Shown here one piece after another: positions 51,743 to 61,649 of a DNA stretch of 64,000 bases. Below the pieces are notes generated by a model that worked only from the letters and a program-made list of their open reading frames with translations, had not been told where the DNA came from and made no database searches. The stretch comes from Vulcanimicrobiota bacterium. GTDB taxonomy: Bacteria; Vulcanimicrobiota; Vulcanimicrobiia; Vulcanimicrobiales; Vulcanimicrobiaceae. How positions within the stretch are numbered: position 1 is the first letter of the stretch; each line of letters opens with the position of its first letter. The stretch spans positions 1,632,001 through 1,696,000 of the forward strand of contig OY970223.1 of NCBI GenBank assembly GCA_963714015.1, in the 5' to 3' direction. A program made the translations under genes and the position numbers.

Positions 51743-52093
51743 ATGAAATATGCGTGTCTCATTTTTGGTGACGACGAACCGTTGCCCGAAGGCGAGCAGT
51801 CGAAGCTGCGCGACGACAGCATCGCCTATCATGAAGAGCTGAAGCGGAAGGGTCACCTCGTGGCCCTGGAGGCACTTGAGGACCCGGAAACGGCAACGAC
51901 GGTTCGTAAACGTGAGGGCAAGCTGTCGATGACTGACGGCCCATTTGCCGAAATCAAGGAGCATTTGGGAGGGTTCTTCATTATAGAAGCTCGCGATTTG
52001 AATGAAGCGATTCGCCTGGCCGGCGACCATCCGGCAGCCCGCTGGGATGCTGTTGAAATCCGTCCCGTGCGCGAAATTCCCAAACCGTCGTGA
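51743..52093 (+). CDS. YCII/DGPF-domain protein
   Basis: TDGPFAEIKEHLGGF..VEIRP. Confidence 0.92.
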   Translation: MKYACLIFGDDEPLPEGEQSKLRDDSIAYHEELKRKGHLVALEALEDPETATTVRKREGKLSMTDGPFAEIKEHLGGFFIIEARDLNEAIRLAGDHPAARWDAVEIRPVREIPKPS

Positions 52094-53340
52094 TTCGAAG
52101 TCCGGGCGATCCCGACGATGCCGCCGCTGCATTAGGCCGGATCTACGCGGCCGAATCGCGTCACGTCCTGGCGACGCTGATTCGGCTCCTCGGCGATTTC
52201 GAACTCGCTGAGGACGCGCTGCATGAAGCGTTCCTCGCGGCGGCAGAGCAGTGGCCGCACGAAGGGACGCCGGGCAATCCGCGGTCGTGGCTCATTTCTG
52301 CCGGGCGGTTTCGCGCAATCGATGCCGTGCGCCGGCGCGCGCGCTACGATGCTTCCGTCAAGCGGCTTGCCGGCCAGTGGAAAGTCAGTGAGGAATTGGG
52401 CGTGGATCTCGACTACATTGCGGACGACGACCTGCGGCTCATCTTTCTATGCTGTCACCCTGCTCTATCGATAGACGCTCAGGTCGCGCTGACGCTCCGC
52501 GAAGCGTGCGGTTTGACGACGGAAGAAATCGCGCAAGCGTTCGTAGCAAAGGCGCCGGCTATCGCTCAACGCATCGTGCGCGCCAAGGCCAAGATTCGCG
52601 ATGCGCGCGTTCCGTACGAGCTGCCGCCTCCCAAAGAAGTGCCGTCGCGCTTGCGCGGCGTGCTGCATGTGATCTATCTGCTCTTTAACGAAGGGTACGA
52701 AGCATCGTCCGGCCCTACGCTGCTGCGTGTCGACCTTTGCGGCGAAGCGATCCGCTTAGCGCAGTTGATCGTCGAAATCATGCCGGAGCCCGAAATTTAC
52801 GCGTTGACTGCTCTGATGATGTTCCAGCATAGCCGGCGGGACGCGCGCACGGACCCCTCCGGTGACCTCATTCTTCTAAGCGATCAAGACCGTTCTAAAT
52901 GGGATCGATCGGAAATCGCGCGAGCCGAAGCGTTTTTGGAGCATGCGCTTCGGTCCGGGTGCAGCGGGCGTTTCGCATGCGAGGCGTCCATCGCGCAGGT
53001 CCATGCGGCGGCGGAAAGTCCGGAAGCCACCGACTGGTCCCGAGTCGTTCGGTTGTACGACGCTCTTCTCGAGATTGAGCCCTCTCCGATCGTCGAGCTT
53101 AACCGCGCCGCCGCCATAGCAATGCGTGACGGTCCGGCCGCGGGACTGGCTATCATGAACGACGTCATGGCCCGTGGAGGATTGACCGAGTATCGGTTCG
53201 CTCACGCAGCGCGCGCGGATATGTATCGGCGTCTGGGACGAACGCAAGAAGCCAGATCCGCATACGCCGACGCTTTGGCGCTCACCCGGCAAGAGACGGA
53301 ACGCCGGTACCTCCTGCGCAGACTGAGCGAATTGAATTAG
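52090..53340 (+). CDS. ECF42-type sigma factor
   Basis: LRLIFLCCHP, YLLFNEGY, QDRSKWD. Confidence 0.92.
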   Translation: MIRSPGDPDDAAAALGRIYAAESRHVLATLIRLLGDFELAEDALHEAFLAAAEQWPHEGTPGNPRSWLISAGRFRAIDAVRRRARYDASVKRLAGQWKVSEELGVDLDYIADDDLRLIFLCCHPALSIDAQVALTLREACGLTTEEIAQAFVAKAPAIAQRIVRAKAKIRDARVPYELPPPKEVPSRLRGVLHVIYLLFNEGYEASSGPTLLRVDLCGEAIRLAQLIVEIMPEPEIYALTALMMFQHSRRDARTDPSGDLILLSDQDRSKWDRSEIARAEAFLEHALRSGCSGRFACEASIAQVHAAAESPEATDWSRVVRLYDALLEIEPSPIVELNRAAAIAMRDGPAAGLAIMNDVMARGGLTEYRFAHAARADMYRRLGRTQEARSAYADALALTRQETERRYLLRRLSELN

Positions 53341-53363
53341 CGCAAAGCAGTCCGGTCGCGCGA

Positions 53364-53391
53364 CGGTCACCTTTTACGGTTTCCGCGCGTC
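53364..53391 (+). promoter_or_regulatory. ECF41-type promoter
   Basis: GGTCACC-N16-CGTC just upstream of the sigma gene. Confidence 0.55.
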
Positions 53392-53401
53392 GAAGGGACG
53401 G

Positions 53402-54294
53402 ATGATACGGAACAGTGTCGTTGTGAACAAAACGTCCGGCGGCGATGCGCAAAAGGCCGTGACGTTCCAAAGGGAACGCCCGCATCTGCTTTCGGTTGCG
53501 TTCAGAATCCTGGGTTCCGAGTCCGACGCCGAAGACGTCGTGCAGGATACCTGGATTAAGTTTTCGCTTGCGGACACGGACGCCGTTCGAAATATCTCTG
53601 CCTGGTTGACGACGGTGGCGACGAGAGTTTGTCTCGATATGCTGCGTCGGCGACGGGAAATCTCACTCGAGGCAGAGTTGTCGCAAGATATGCGCGATGA
53701 ACCTCAGGAAGCGGCATTGTTAGCGGAGGAGTTGACCGCTGCTTTTGTCGTCGTTCTCGACGAGTTAACTCCCGCCCAACGTGTGGCGCTCGTTCTCCAC
53801 GATGCGTTCGGCGCGACGTTCGAAGAGATAGCGCGTATCTTAGGAATAAACAGCGTTTCGGCCAAGAAATTGGCGAGCCGGGCGCGAGGTCGGGTTCGGC
53901 GGTCCATTCCGGGGTCGCCGGAGCATCCCACTGAGAGCGCAGCAAATCGTGGAGGCATTTCTGCAAGCCGCTCGAGAGGGTAACGTCGATCGCCTCGTGG
54001 CGCTTCTCGATCCTGACGTCATTCGGCTTGCCGATGCGCACGTTCTTCCGCCAGGGAGGACGCCAGCGCATTCAAGGGCGCGAGGCGGTCGTGGAACAGA
54101 CGCTGGCGTTTAGAGCGAATGCCATGCGGGCGAAGACGGCGATCGTCGACTTCCGCCCCGGCATCGTGGTTTTGGCCGGAGGCATTGTTCAGGCGGCGAT
54201 CGTCATAAGCGTGCGTAACGAACGGATCGTCCGATACGAAGTCGTTGCAGATCCCCAACGTCTACACGTGCTGAACGTCGATCCGGCGAAATGA
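53402..54294 (+). CDS. ECF41 (SigJ-like) sigma factor with SnoaL C-terminus, frameshifted near 53935
   Basis: DAEDVVQDTW, LVLHDAFG, LASRAR; VEAFL..DPDV in shifted frame. Confidence 0.88.
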
Positions 54295-54638
54295 CCCACA
54301 TCTATCCTGCCGTTGCAGGGGCGACGATATTCGTAAACGCCGGAGCCGCAATCGGCGACTTTGTAAAAGCGCGCTTCGTCGTGAAGAACGCCGCCCAAGT
54401 CGGTGTTCCGGCGTCATGGATTCCGATTCTGGGTGCGCTAAAAGCTGCGGGTGTGGCGGGCCTGCTCTTGAGCGTGCTGGGCGTGCCGATCATCGGAACC
54501 GCCGCCTCTGCGGGTCTGACCGCGTTCTTTATCGGAGCGCTTACTGCGCATGTGCGCGCGGGCGTGTTCTACAATATCGCCTTTCCGGGCGTGTACCTGG
54601 CGCTCGCGGCGACGTCGTTAGTGCTGTCGATCCGGTAA
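54291..54638 (+). CDS. DoxX-like membrane protein
   Basis: LGALKAAG..FIGALTAHVRA. Confidence 0.85.
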   Translation: MTHIYPAVAGATIFVNAGAAIGDFVKARFVVKNAAQVGVPASWIPILGALKAAGVAGLLLSVLGVPIIGTAASAGLTAFFIGALTAHVRAGVFYNIAFPGVYLALAATSLVLSIR

Positions 54639-54649
54639 GACGCCGGGTT

Positions 54650-55465
54650 CTACGCGGATCGTTCGTATCGTGCGATTGCGTTGACGGCCGCGGGCTCGGG
54701 CGAGGGCACGAGCCAGAGCATTGCGCAGAGCGTCAGGATCGCCGAAACCGCCAGCGTCGGCGTAATGCCTATCCAACCGGCCAAGATACCCCCGGCGGCG
54801 GCGCCGACCGGCGCGCTGGCCGAGTTGATGGTTCGCATCGTGGCGTGCATTCTGGCCTGCATCGGGAGCGGGGTAATGCGCTGGCGGTATGTCAGTTGAA
54901 CGATGTTGTAAAGGGGAGCGGCCGCGCTGGACAACAGCAGCGCGACCGCCGAGATTATCAGCGGGGAGCCGAAAACCGCCATCGGCAGCAGTGCGCGTGC
55001 GGCGAAAGTGAGCATAATGCCGGCGCAGAGCGCACCGGTCAAACCGAGCCGCGCCTCGATCCTGGGCGTGAACATTACGCCTAGAAAACCTACGTTCGAG
55101 AATGCGAACAACAACCCAAGCACGAGCGGGCTAACGCCCAGCGTGCGATAGAAGAAGATCAACGAAACGACCTGCGCGATGGAACCGGCCATATTCAGCG
55201 TAGCCGACGAGAGCGCGATTCGTCCGAGGTTTCCCGTCGAGAATACAAACCGCAGGCCGTCCAAAATATCGGATGCTACCGACGTGCTCCGCTCTTCCTT
55301 AGGAACGCGCGCCTCGGAGTCTTTGACGAGGAGCAGCGTGGCCGCCGACCCCAAATACGAGAACGCGTCGACGAAGAGTGCGAAAGGCGCGGCAAAAACG
55401 TGAATGAGAATGCCGCCTACCGCCGGACCGGCCGACTGGGCTGCCGTGTTGCTGAAGATTCTCAC
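54650..55465 (-). pseudogene. MFS transporter lacking N-terminal helices
   Basis: Begins at AQSAGPAVGG; only 271 aa. Confidence 0.7.
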
Positions 55466-55515
55466 AACTTAAACGCACAGGTTAAAAGGGGGCACTTATT
55501 GGCAACAAGCGATGC

Positions 55516-56834
55516 ATGCACGCAGTCGCGGTATTCGGATGCGGTTACGTCGGTCTGGTTACCGGAGTCTGTTTGGCGCACTTAGGGAACGACGTGCGCT
55601 GTTACGACACCGATCTAACGAAGATTCGCATGCTGCAGTCTGACGGCGTGCCGTTTTACGAACCGCAGTTGCAAGCGATGCTTCAAAGATGCAGCGGCAA
55701 GGCAGGCTGCATTTTACCGGTTCCGCGCAAGCCGCGCTCGCGGGCGCAGACGTAGCCTTTATTGCCGTCGGCACACCGAGCGGCCCAACGGGCGAAGCGG
55801 ACCTCACGTACGTCAGGCAGGCAGCGCGCGAGATTGCGCAATACGCCGGCGGTAATTTGCTGGTCGTCAATAAGTCGACGGTTCCGGTCGATACCGCCGA
55901 TTTGGTAGAGCGTATAGTACGGGAGAATGCGACGGCCGGATGCAGTATCACCGTTGCGTCAAACCCCGAATTCCTGCGCGAAGGCAGTGCGGTTGGGGAC
56001 TTCATGCATCCGGATCGGATCGTGATCGGCTGTAACGATCGAAACGACGCCGAGCTGCTGATGCGGCTCTACGCGCCCCTGGGGGCGCCGGTGCACTTGG
56101 TCGACGTCCATACCGCCGAGATGATCAAGTATGCCGCGAACGCTTTCTTGGCCGCGCGCATCTCTTTTGCGAACGAGATCGCCAATCTTTGTGCCGCGGT
56201 GGGTGCCGACGTCGATGGCGTCATCGCCGGAATCTCCGCCGATTCCCGAATCGGAGGCGGCTATTTGAATCCGGGGCTGGGGTTTGGAGGATCGTGTCTG
56301 CCGAAAGACGTCAACGCGCTGATTCACCTCGCTCGAACGCGCGCGGTCGAACCGACGATGCTGGAAGCCACCCTCAGCGTCAACCGGCGGCAAGTCGTGC
56401 GCGCGGTGAACCTTATGGAAGAGCTCTTAGGCGATCTCTGCGATTGCCCTATCGCCATAGCGGGCCTGGCATTTAAAGGCGGTACGGACGATTTGCGAGA
56501 GTCGCCCGCTCTCGTTCTGGTGCAATCACTCTTGACGCGCGGCGCGCGGATAACTGTTCACGATCCGCATGCACTCCAAGCCGCCCGTAAGTCGCTCGAA
56601 GGGAGCGTGCGTTACGCTGACTCTGCATACGCAGCGGCGAGGGGGGTCCGTGCTTTTGCGATCGCGAGCGACGATCGCAGCTATGCGGCTCTCCAGTGGA
56701 AGCGCATCGCCGCCGTCATGAAAGGAACGGACGTGTTCGATTTACGCAACCGGGCCAACCCCCGCTCCGTGCGATACGCCGGTTTGAATTATCATGGCGT
56801 CGGCAGAACAGTACGGGAGGCGCTCGTTTCGTGA
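55516..56834 (+). CDS. ugd: UDP-glucose 6-dehydrogenase, frameshifted near 55685
   Basis: GCGYVG, KSTVP, NPEFLREG, GFGGSCLPKD. Confidence 0.92.
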
Positions 56835-57796
56835 AAGTGTTGATTGCCGGAGCGGCCGGCTTTCTCGGATCGCACTTGGCGCAAGCATGCCGAGCCCGCG
56901 GTGATCACACGATCGGCGTGGACAATTTCGCATCTTCGAGCATCGCCAATCTCGCCGGGCTGGCGAACGATGCGGGCTTTTCTTTTGTCGAGGCCGACGT
57001 TGCCCGGGGGCTGCCGGATGCCGGGCCGATCGACGCCGTGCTGCACTTTGCTTCGCCTGCGAGCCCCAAAGACTACGCCTCAATTCCTATAGAAACGCTC
57101 GAAGTCAATTCCCGCGGAACGCAAAACTGCTGCCGGCTGGCCCTGCGCTATGGCGCGCGCTTGCTTTATGCGTCGACGTCCGAGGTCTACGGCGATCCCG
57201 CCGTGCATCCGCAGCCCGAAACGTATTGGGGAAACGTCAACTCGATCGGCGAGCGCTCCTGTTACGACGAGGGCAAGCGCTTCGGCGAGGCGATGGTCAT
57301 GGCGTACGCGCGCATTCATGGCCTGGACGCGCGAATCGTTCGCATTTTCAATACATACGGTCCGCGCATGCGCGCGAACGACGGCCGGGTCGTTCCGACG
57401 CTCGTACGCCAGGCGCTTGCGGGCGAGCCCCTAACGATCTTCGGTGACGGAACCCAGACCCGCTCGCTCTGCTACGTCGACGATTTAGTTGACGGTATTC
57501 TGCGCTTTCTGGATCATCCGCGACCCGGCGAGCGCGTGATTAATCTCGGTTCCGAAGACGAACTTACGGTAAACGAGATTGCGCAAACCGTCGCCCGCCT
57601 TTGCGGCGTGGCCGTTACGATGCGCCGCGAACCGCTGCCGCCCGACGATCCGGCGCGCCGGCGTCCCGATCTTACACGCGCGAAATCGATCTTGGGGTGG
57701 TCGCCGCAGACTCCGCTGCAGGTTGGACTATCCAAGACGATCGCGTGGTTCAAAGAAGAGTTGCAAACCGAAAAGGGAGTACCCGCACGATGCTGA
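56831..57796 (+). CDS. UDP-glucuronate decarboxylase-like epimerase/dehydratase
   Basis: ASPASP, STSEVYGDP, YDEGKR, RIFNTYGPRM. Confidence 0.92.
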   Translation: MKVLIAGAAGFLGSHLAQACRARGDHTIGVDNFASSSIANLAGLANDAGFSFVEADVARGLPDAGPIDAVLHFASPASPKDYASIPIETLEVNSRGTQNCCRLALRYGARLLYASTSEVYGDPAVHPQPETYWGNVNSIGERSCYDEGKRFGEAMVMAYARIHGLDARIVRIFNTYGPRMRANDGRVVPTLVRQALAGEPLTIFGDGTQTRSLCYVDDLVDGILRFLDHPRPGERVINLGSEDELTVNEIAQTVARLCGVAVTMRREPLPPDDPARRRPDLTRAKSILGWSPQTPLQVGLSKTIAWFKEELQTEKGVPARC

Positions 57797-58515
57797 TGAC
57801 CGCTGGTGACATAGACAATGCTGCCCGTCGAACGCTGCAGGGCACGTTCATCGTAACGGGCGGCGCTTCGGGGTTAGGTTTGGCAATCGCACAGGCTATC
57901 GATGCGGCCGGCGGGAGGGCGATCGTCTTCGACATCAACTCTCCGCCCGGCGATATCGAGCACCGGATCGTCGACGTGTCCGAGGGCGCCGGCGTAAGAG
58001 AGCACGTCGATGCGATCGCCGCGCAGTACGGCGAGCTCGCCGGTGTCGTCGCAAACGCCGGCGTCGACGCTTGCGGCAAGTTTCTGGACGTTGAAGCGGA
58101 TGCGTGGGAGCGCGTGATCAAAGTCAATCTCATCGGAACTGCGTCGCTGATTCGCGCGGCACTGCCGCATCTGCAGCCGCAGCGCGGGCGCGTCGTGACA
58201 GTCGCCTCGACTTTGGGGCTGCGCGCGCTTAGCGATGCGACGGCCTACTGCGCGAGCAAATTCGGCGTCGTGGGATTCACTCGCGCGCTCGCAGCCGAAC
58301 TCGGCTCGCAAGTTGGTGTAACGCTGCTTTTGCCGGGCGGAATGCGCACGCATTTCTTCGATGGCCGCGACGAGAAGTACAAGCCGGCCCCCGATGCGCA
58401 TCTCAACCGGCCGGAAGACGTAGCGCAGGCGGTCGTCTTCGCTCTATCGCAGCCGCCGGGGTGCGACGTGCGCGAGATGCTCATCTGCCCAGCCGGAGAA
58501 ACGTCGTGGCCGTAG
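57790..58515 (+). CDS. SDR oxidoreductase
   Basis: TGGASGLG, NAG, YCASK. Confidence 0.9.
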   Translation: MLMTAGDIDNAARRTLQGTFIVTGGASGLGLAIAQAIDAAGGRAIVFDINSPPGDIEHRIVDVSEGAGVREHVDAIAAQYGELAGVVANAGVDACGKFLDVEADAWERVIKVNLIGTASLIRAALPHLQPQRGRVVTVASTLGLRALSDATAYCASKFGVVGFTRALAAELGSQVGVTLLLPGGMRTHFFDGRDEKYKPAPDAHLNRPEDVAQAVVFALSQPPGCDVREMLICPAGETSWP

Positions 58516-58883
58516 ACGTTTTCAGGGGGCCGGCGTTCTCGGACGCGCTCGCGGAGCATTTGGCGGCGATTGCGGTTCGCGACGCCGAGCGCTTTGCCGC
58601 AACCGTCAGCACGCGCGACGTGCGGCTCGTCGGAGGCGACGGCTCGATCATTGAAGGTCATGCGAACGTGGTTGCTGCGCACCGGGGCTGGTTCGCACAA
58701 GCCGGTTGGACGTTCGAACCGGAGATACTTTGGATGCGTGAGGTCGACGGTTGCGGATGGGCGCTCACGCGCGTCCGTTACACCGAGGCAGACTCTTTGC
58801 GGACGTTCTTGCTCTTCTTGCTTTTCGCCCTGGAAGAAGACGGGTGGAGACTCGTCTTCGATCAGAACACGCCCTTAGGCTAA
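58506..58883 (+). CDS. NTF2/SnoaL-like protein
   Basis: H..AI..RD; WRLVFDQNT. Confidence 0.75.
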   Translation: MAVDVFRGPAFSDALAEHLAAIAVRDAERFAATVSTRDVRLVGGDGSIIEGHANVVAAHRGWFAQAGWTFEPEILWMREVDGCGWALTRVRYTEADSLRTFLLFLLFALEEDGWRLVFDQNTPLG

Positions 58884-59136
58884 ACATACACGCCGCGGGA
58901 GTATCCGTCCGTTGCTTTGTAAGAGGGAGCAACCTCGCCGCAATGGCTGTGACTCTAACGTCTTTGTATTGCGTTGTACACAGTAGATATCGCGCTCAAT
59001 CGTCGTCACATTTACCCTAAAGCCGGATACCCGCTTGTCCGATATTCGCGATTAGGAAACTCAAGGCGCTGCAGTTTTACGCAGACGGCTTGATTACTTT
59101 CCTCGCTGATGCTTTTCAGGTTGATGGAGACGAACT

Positions 59137-59559
59137 GTGCAAACTCAAATTTATCGTGAACAGCACGAAAAACTCAGAAAGATCGCCGGTGAAATTCCGA
59201 CTGTAGCGTCGCAGGCTTCTGAAGCCGTGATTCGTGGGCAGATGGTTAAGTTCATCGGGACGCTTCGCGCGCACCTCGCCATGGAAGATACCTATCTCTA
59301 TCCGGTGATGCTCGAGCATGCGGACCCGAACATCCGCTCAAAGGCTCAGTCTTTCAAGCAAGAGATGGGAGATCTTGCCTCCGTCGTTGACGCCTTCCAC
59401 CACAAATGGTCGAGAGCCGGCGCCATTACGGACGATCCGAACGCGTTCGTACAAGCATGGATCGGAGTCCGTTCTGCGCTGCTCAATAGGATGAATCGCG
59501 AGGACTCGGATCTGTACGAACTGATTGACAAGAAAGTCGATCTGCGCCGTAGCGCATAA
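59137..59559 (+). CDS. Hemerythrin-domain protein
   Basis: QH..L; HLAMEDTYLYP; REDSDLY. Confidence 0.85.
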   Translation: MQTQIYREQHEKLRKIAGEIPTVASQASEAVIRGQMVKFIGTLRAHLAMEDTYLYPVMLEHADPNIRSKAQSFKQEMGDLASVVDAFHHKWSRAGAITDDPNAFVQAWIGVRSALLNRMNREDSDLYELIDKKVDLRRSA

Positions 59560-59596
59560 GCGTCCCCGGGGGATCGCAACTGCACCACCTTTCGAA

Positions 59597-60358
59597 TTAT
59601 TCGGGCTTGACCTCTTCGGGAGGTGGGGTGCGGCGGAAAAACGTCCAGTACAAGGCGGCGTTGACGAGCTGAAGCGTTGCGGCCGCTTCGACCATAGCGC
59701 CGATCCAAAACGAGTGCAGCAATATGCCGGCGATGGAAGGGCCGACCATCGAGGCGAACTGCGACGGCACATTCGCGATGCTCGCTGTTGACGAGAACGC
59801 GCACGAGAAATATGGATCCGGCGAGCCACACGGTCGGCATGAACGGCAAACGGCCAATAGTGGTCAAAATATATCCGAAGGCGCCGCCGACGGCCACAAT
59901 CATCGAAAAGGCTGCAAAGATTCGCGTACGATTCTCGTGCTGCACATGTTCGGCAACCAGAGCGCCTGCTCTGCCGAGTAGAACGGACCGTAGGACCCAC
60001 CGGATGCCGGTCCGCCGCCTCGGCCGATGGTTCCGACCGCGCCCGCGATCGCCGGCAGCCATAGGGGCATATCGAAGTAGAACGCCAGTGCCGCAACCAA
60101 GCTCAATAAGCTGAACGCCGCCAGAACGATCTTGCGGCCGAAGCGGTCGCTCAAGAAGCCCGCCGCAAGACCGAGTACGGCGCTTCCGCTTGCCCAGACC
60201 GTTACGAACACGCCTGCTTCAGCGACGCTCGCGCCCCGGGCGAGTAAATAAATGGGCGTTATGATCCCAAGGTACGCCTGATTGAAGCTGCGCAGCATGC
60301 GGCCGATCGAAAGAAATCGCAACGACGTCGAGGCGGCAAGCGCGCGATATGTGTCCAC
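59597..60358 (-). pseudogene. MFS transporter, frameshifted and internally shortened
   Basis: LSDRFGRK motif; C-terminal part in other frames; total length far below 12 TM. Confidence 0.7.
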
Positions 60359-60432
60359 GTAAAGCCGTATTCCCTTTGGGGCAATGCGACCTACAATGAC
60401 TTTTCGAGCTGTTCAACCAAATGAGCTGCCGG

Positions 60433-61213
60433 ATGAAGATCGGCGATGCGCTCAAAGCGACCGCGAGTCTGTGGCAAAAACATCGCGTCTCTCGCGTCGG
60501 CGCCGCGCTGTCGTTCTATGCGGTCTTTTCCCTTGCGCCGCTCATTCTCACGCTCGTGGTTCTTTCGCGCCTGCTGCTGGGACCGCAGTATGCCCTGCAT
60601 GCCGTAGAGGCTCAATTGCAACCTCTGCTCGGATCGAAAGGGACGCAGGGCGTCGACGTGCTGGTACGCGCCGCGCAGCACAAGATTTCGGCGACACCGC
60701 TGATTGTCGGCGCAGGTCTCGTGCTGCTTTCCGTAGGTGCAATCTTTATGCAGTTGCAGGAAGCTCTTGATGACGTTTGGGGAATTCCCGAAAAAAAACG
60801 CGGCGGATTCTGGGAAATCGTGGGCCTGCGTCTGCACGTCCTCATTTTGATTGCCGCCTTACTGGTCTTTGCGCTGGTTTCGCTGCTGGCGGTAGCCGCA
60901 GCCGGTTTGACTCTCGCCGCGGTAGTGAACATCGCCGCGCTTATCATCTTTCTCACCTTGACGTATCGCGTGCTGCCGCGAACGAACGTAGGGTGGAGAA
61001 GCGGCCTGCTCGGCGCGCTCGTGACGGGCGGCATTCTGCTCATCGGAGAGGTTTTGATCTCAGTCTACTTCGATCGCTTTCACCCGGAGGCGGCATATGG
61101 AAGCGCAGGTTCGTTCATCATCGTCCTCATCTGGATTTATTACTCAACGCAGTCTGTTCTTGTTCGGGGCGGTATTGACGCGCGTTTTGGAGAGCGACGT
61201 CGCTCGGGGATAG
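60433..61213 (+). CDS. YihY/BrkB membrane protein, frameshift near 61152
   Basis: AALSFYAVFSLAP; YGSAGS; LFLFGAVLTR in shifted frame ending at TAG 61213. Confidence 0.88.
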
Positions 61214-61261
61214 ACAGCGGGCGCGCGCCCGTGGTAGTATTCACCTAAAATCTTAGGTGAA
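61211..61261 (+). promoter_or_regulatory. Promoter and BlaI-type operator
   Basis: TAGACA-N18-TAGTAT; palindrome TTCACCTAA-aatc-TTAGGTGAA at 61240-61261. Confidence 0.75.
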
Positions 61262-61274
61262 CACCGGAGGGGCC

Positions 61275-61649
61275 GTGCCCAGGGCAAAATCCGAGAGTCT
61301 TACCGAGGTCGAGCAGCGCGTCATGGAGGTGCTCTGGTCTGCCGGCAGCGGTACCGTAAGTGAAGTCGTGAGCGTTATCAAAGCGCCGCGACCGCTTGCC
61401 TTCAATACCGTTCAGACGATTCTGCGGATTCTGGAGCAAAAAGGCTACGTGCGCCACACTGAAGAGGGCCGCGCGTTCCGGTATCACGCGGTCGTCGATC
61501 GCTCCGCCGCTTCGCGCTCCGCAGTGCAGAACGTCGTGCGGCGCTTCTTCGGATCGCCGGGAAAACTGGCGCTGAATCTGATTGAAAGCGACCGGTTAAC
61601 GCCGGAAGAGCTTGCGCATCTTCGCCGCCTATTGGATGGCCGGAAATGA
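61275..61649 (+). CDS. BlaI/MecI/CopY repressor
   Basis: LTEVEQRVMEVLW..TVQTILRILEQKG. Confidence 0.93.
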   Translation: MPRAKSESLTEVEQRVMEVLWSAGSGTVSEVVSVIKAPRPLAFNTVQTILRILEQKGYVRHTEEGRAFRYHAVVDRSAASRSAVQNVVRRFFGSPGKLALNLIESDRLTPEELAHLRRLLDGRK

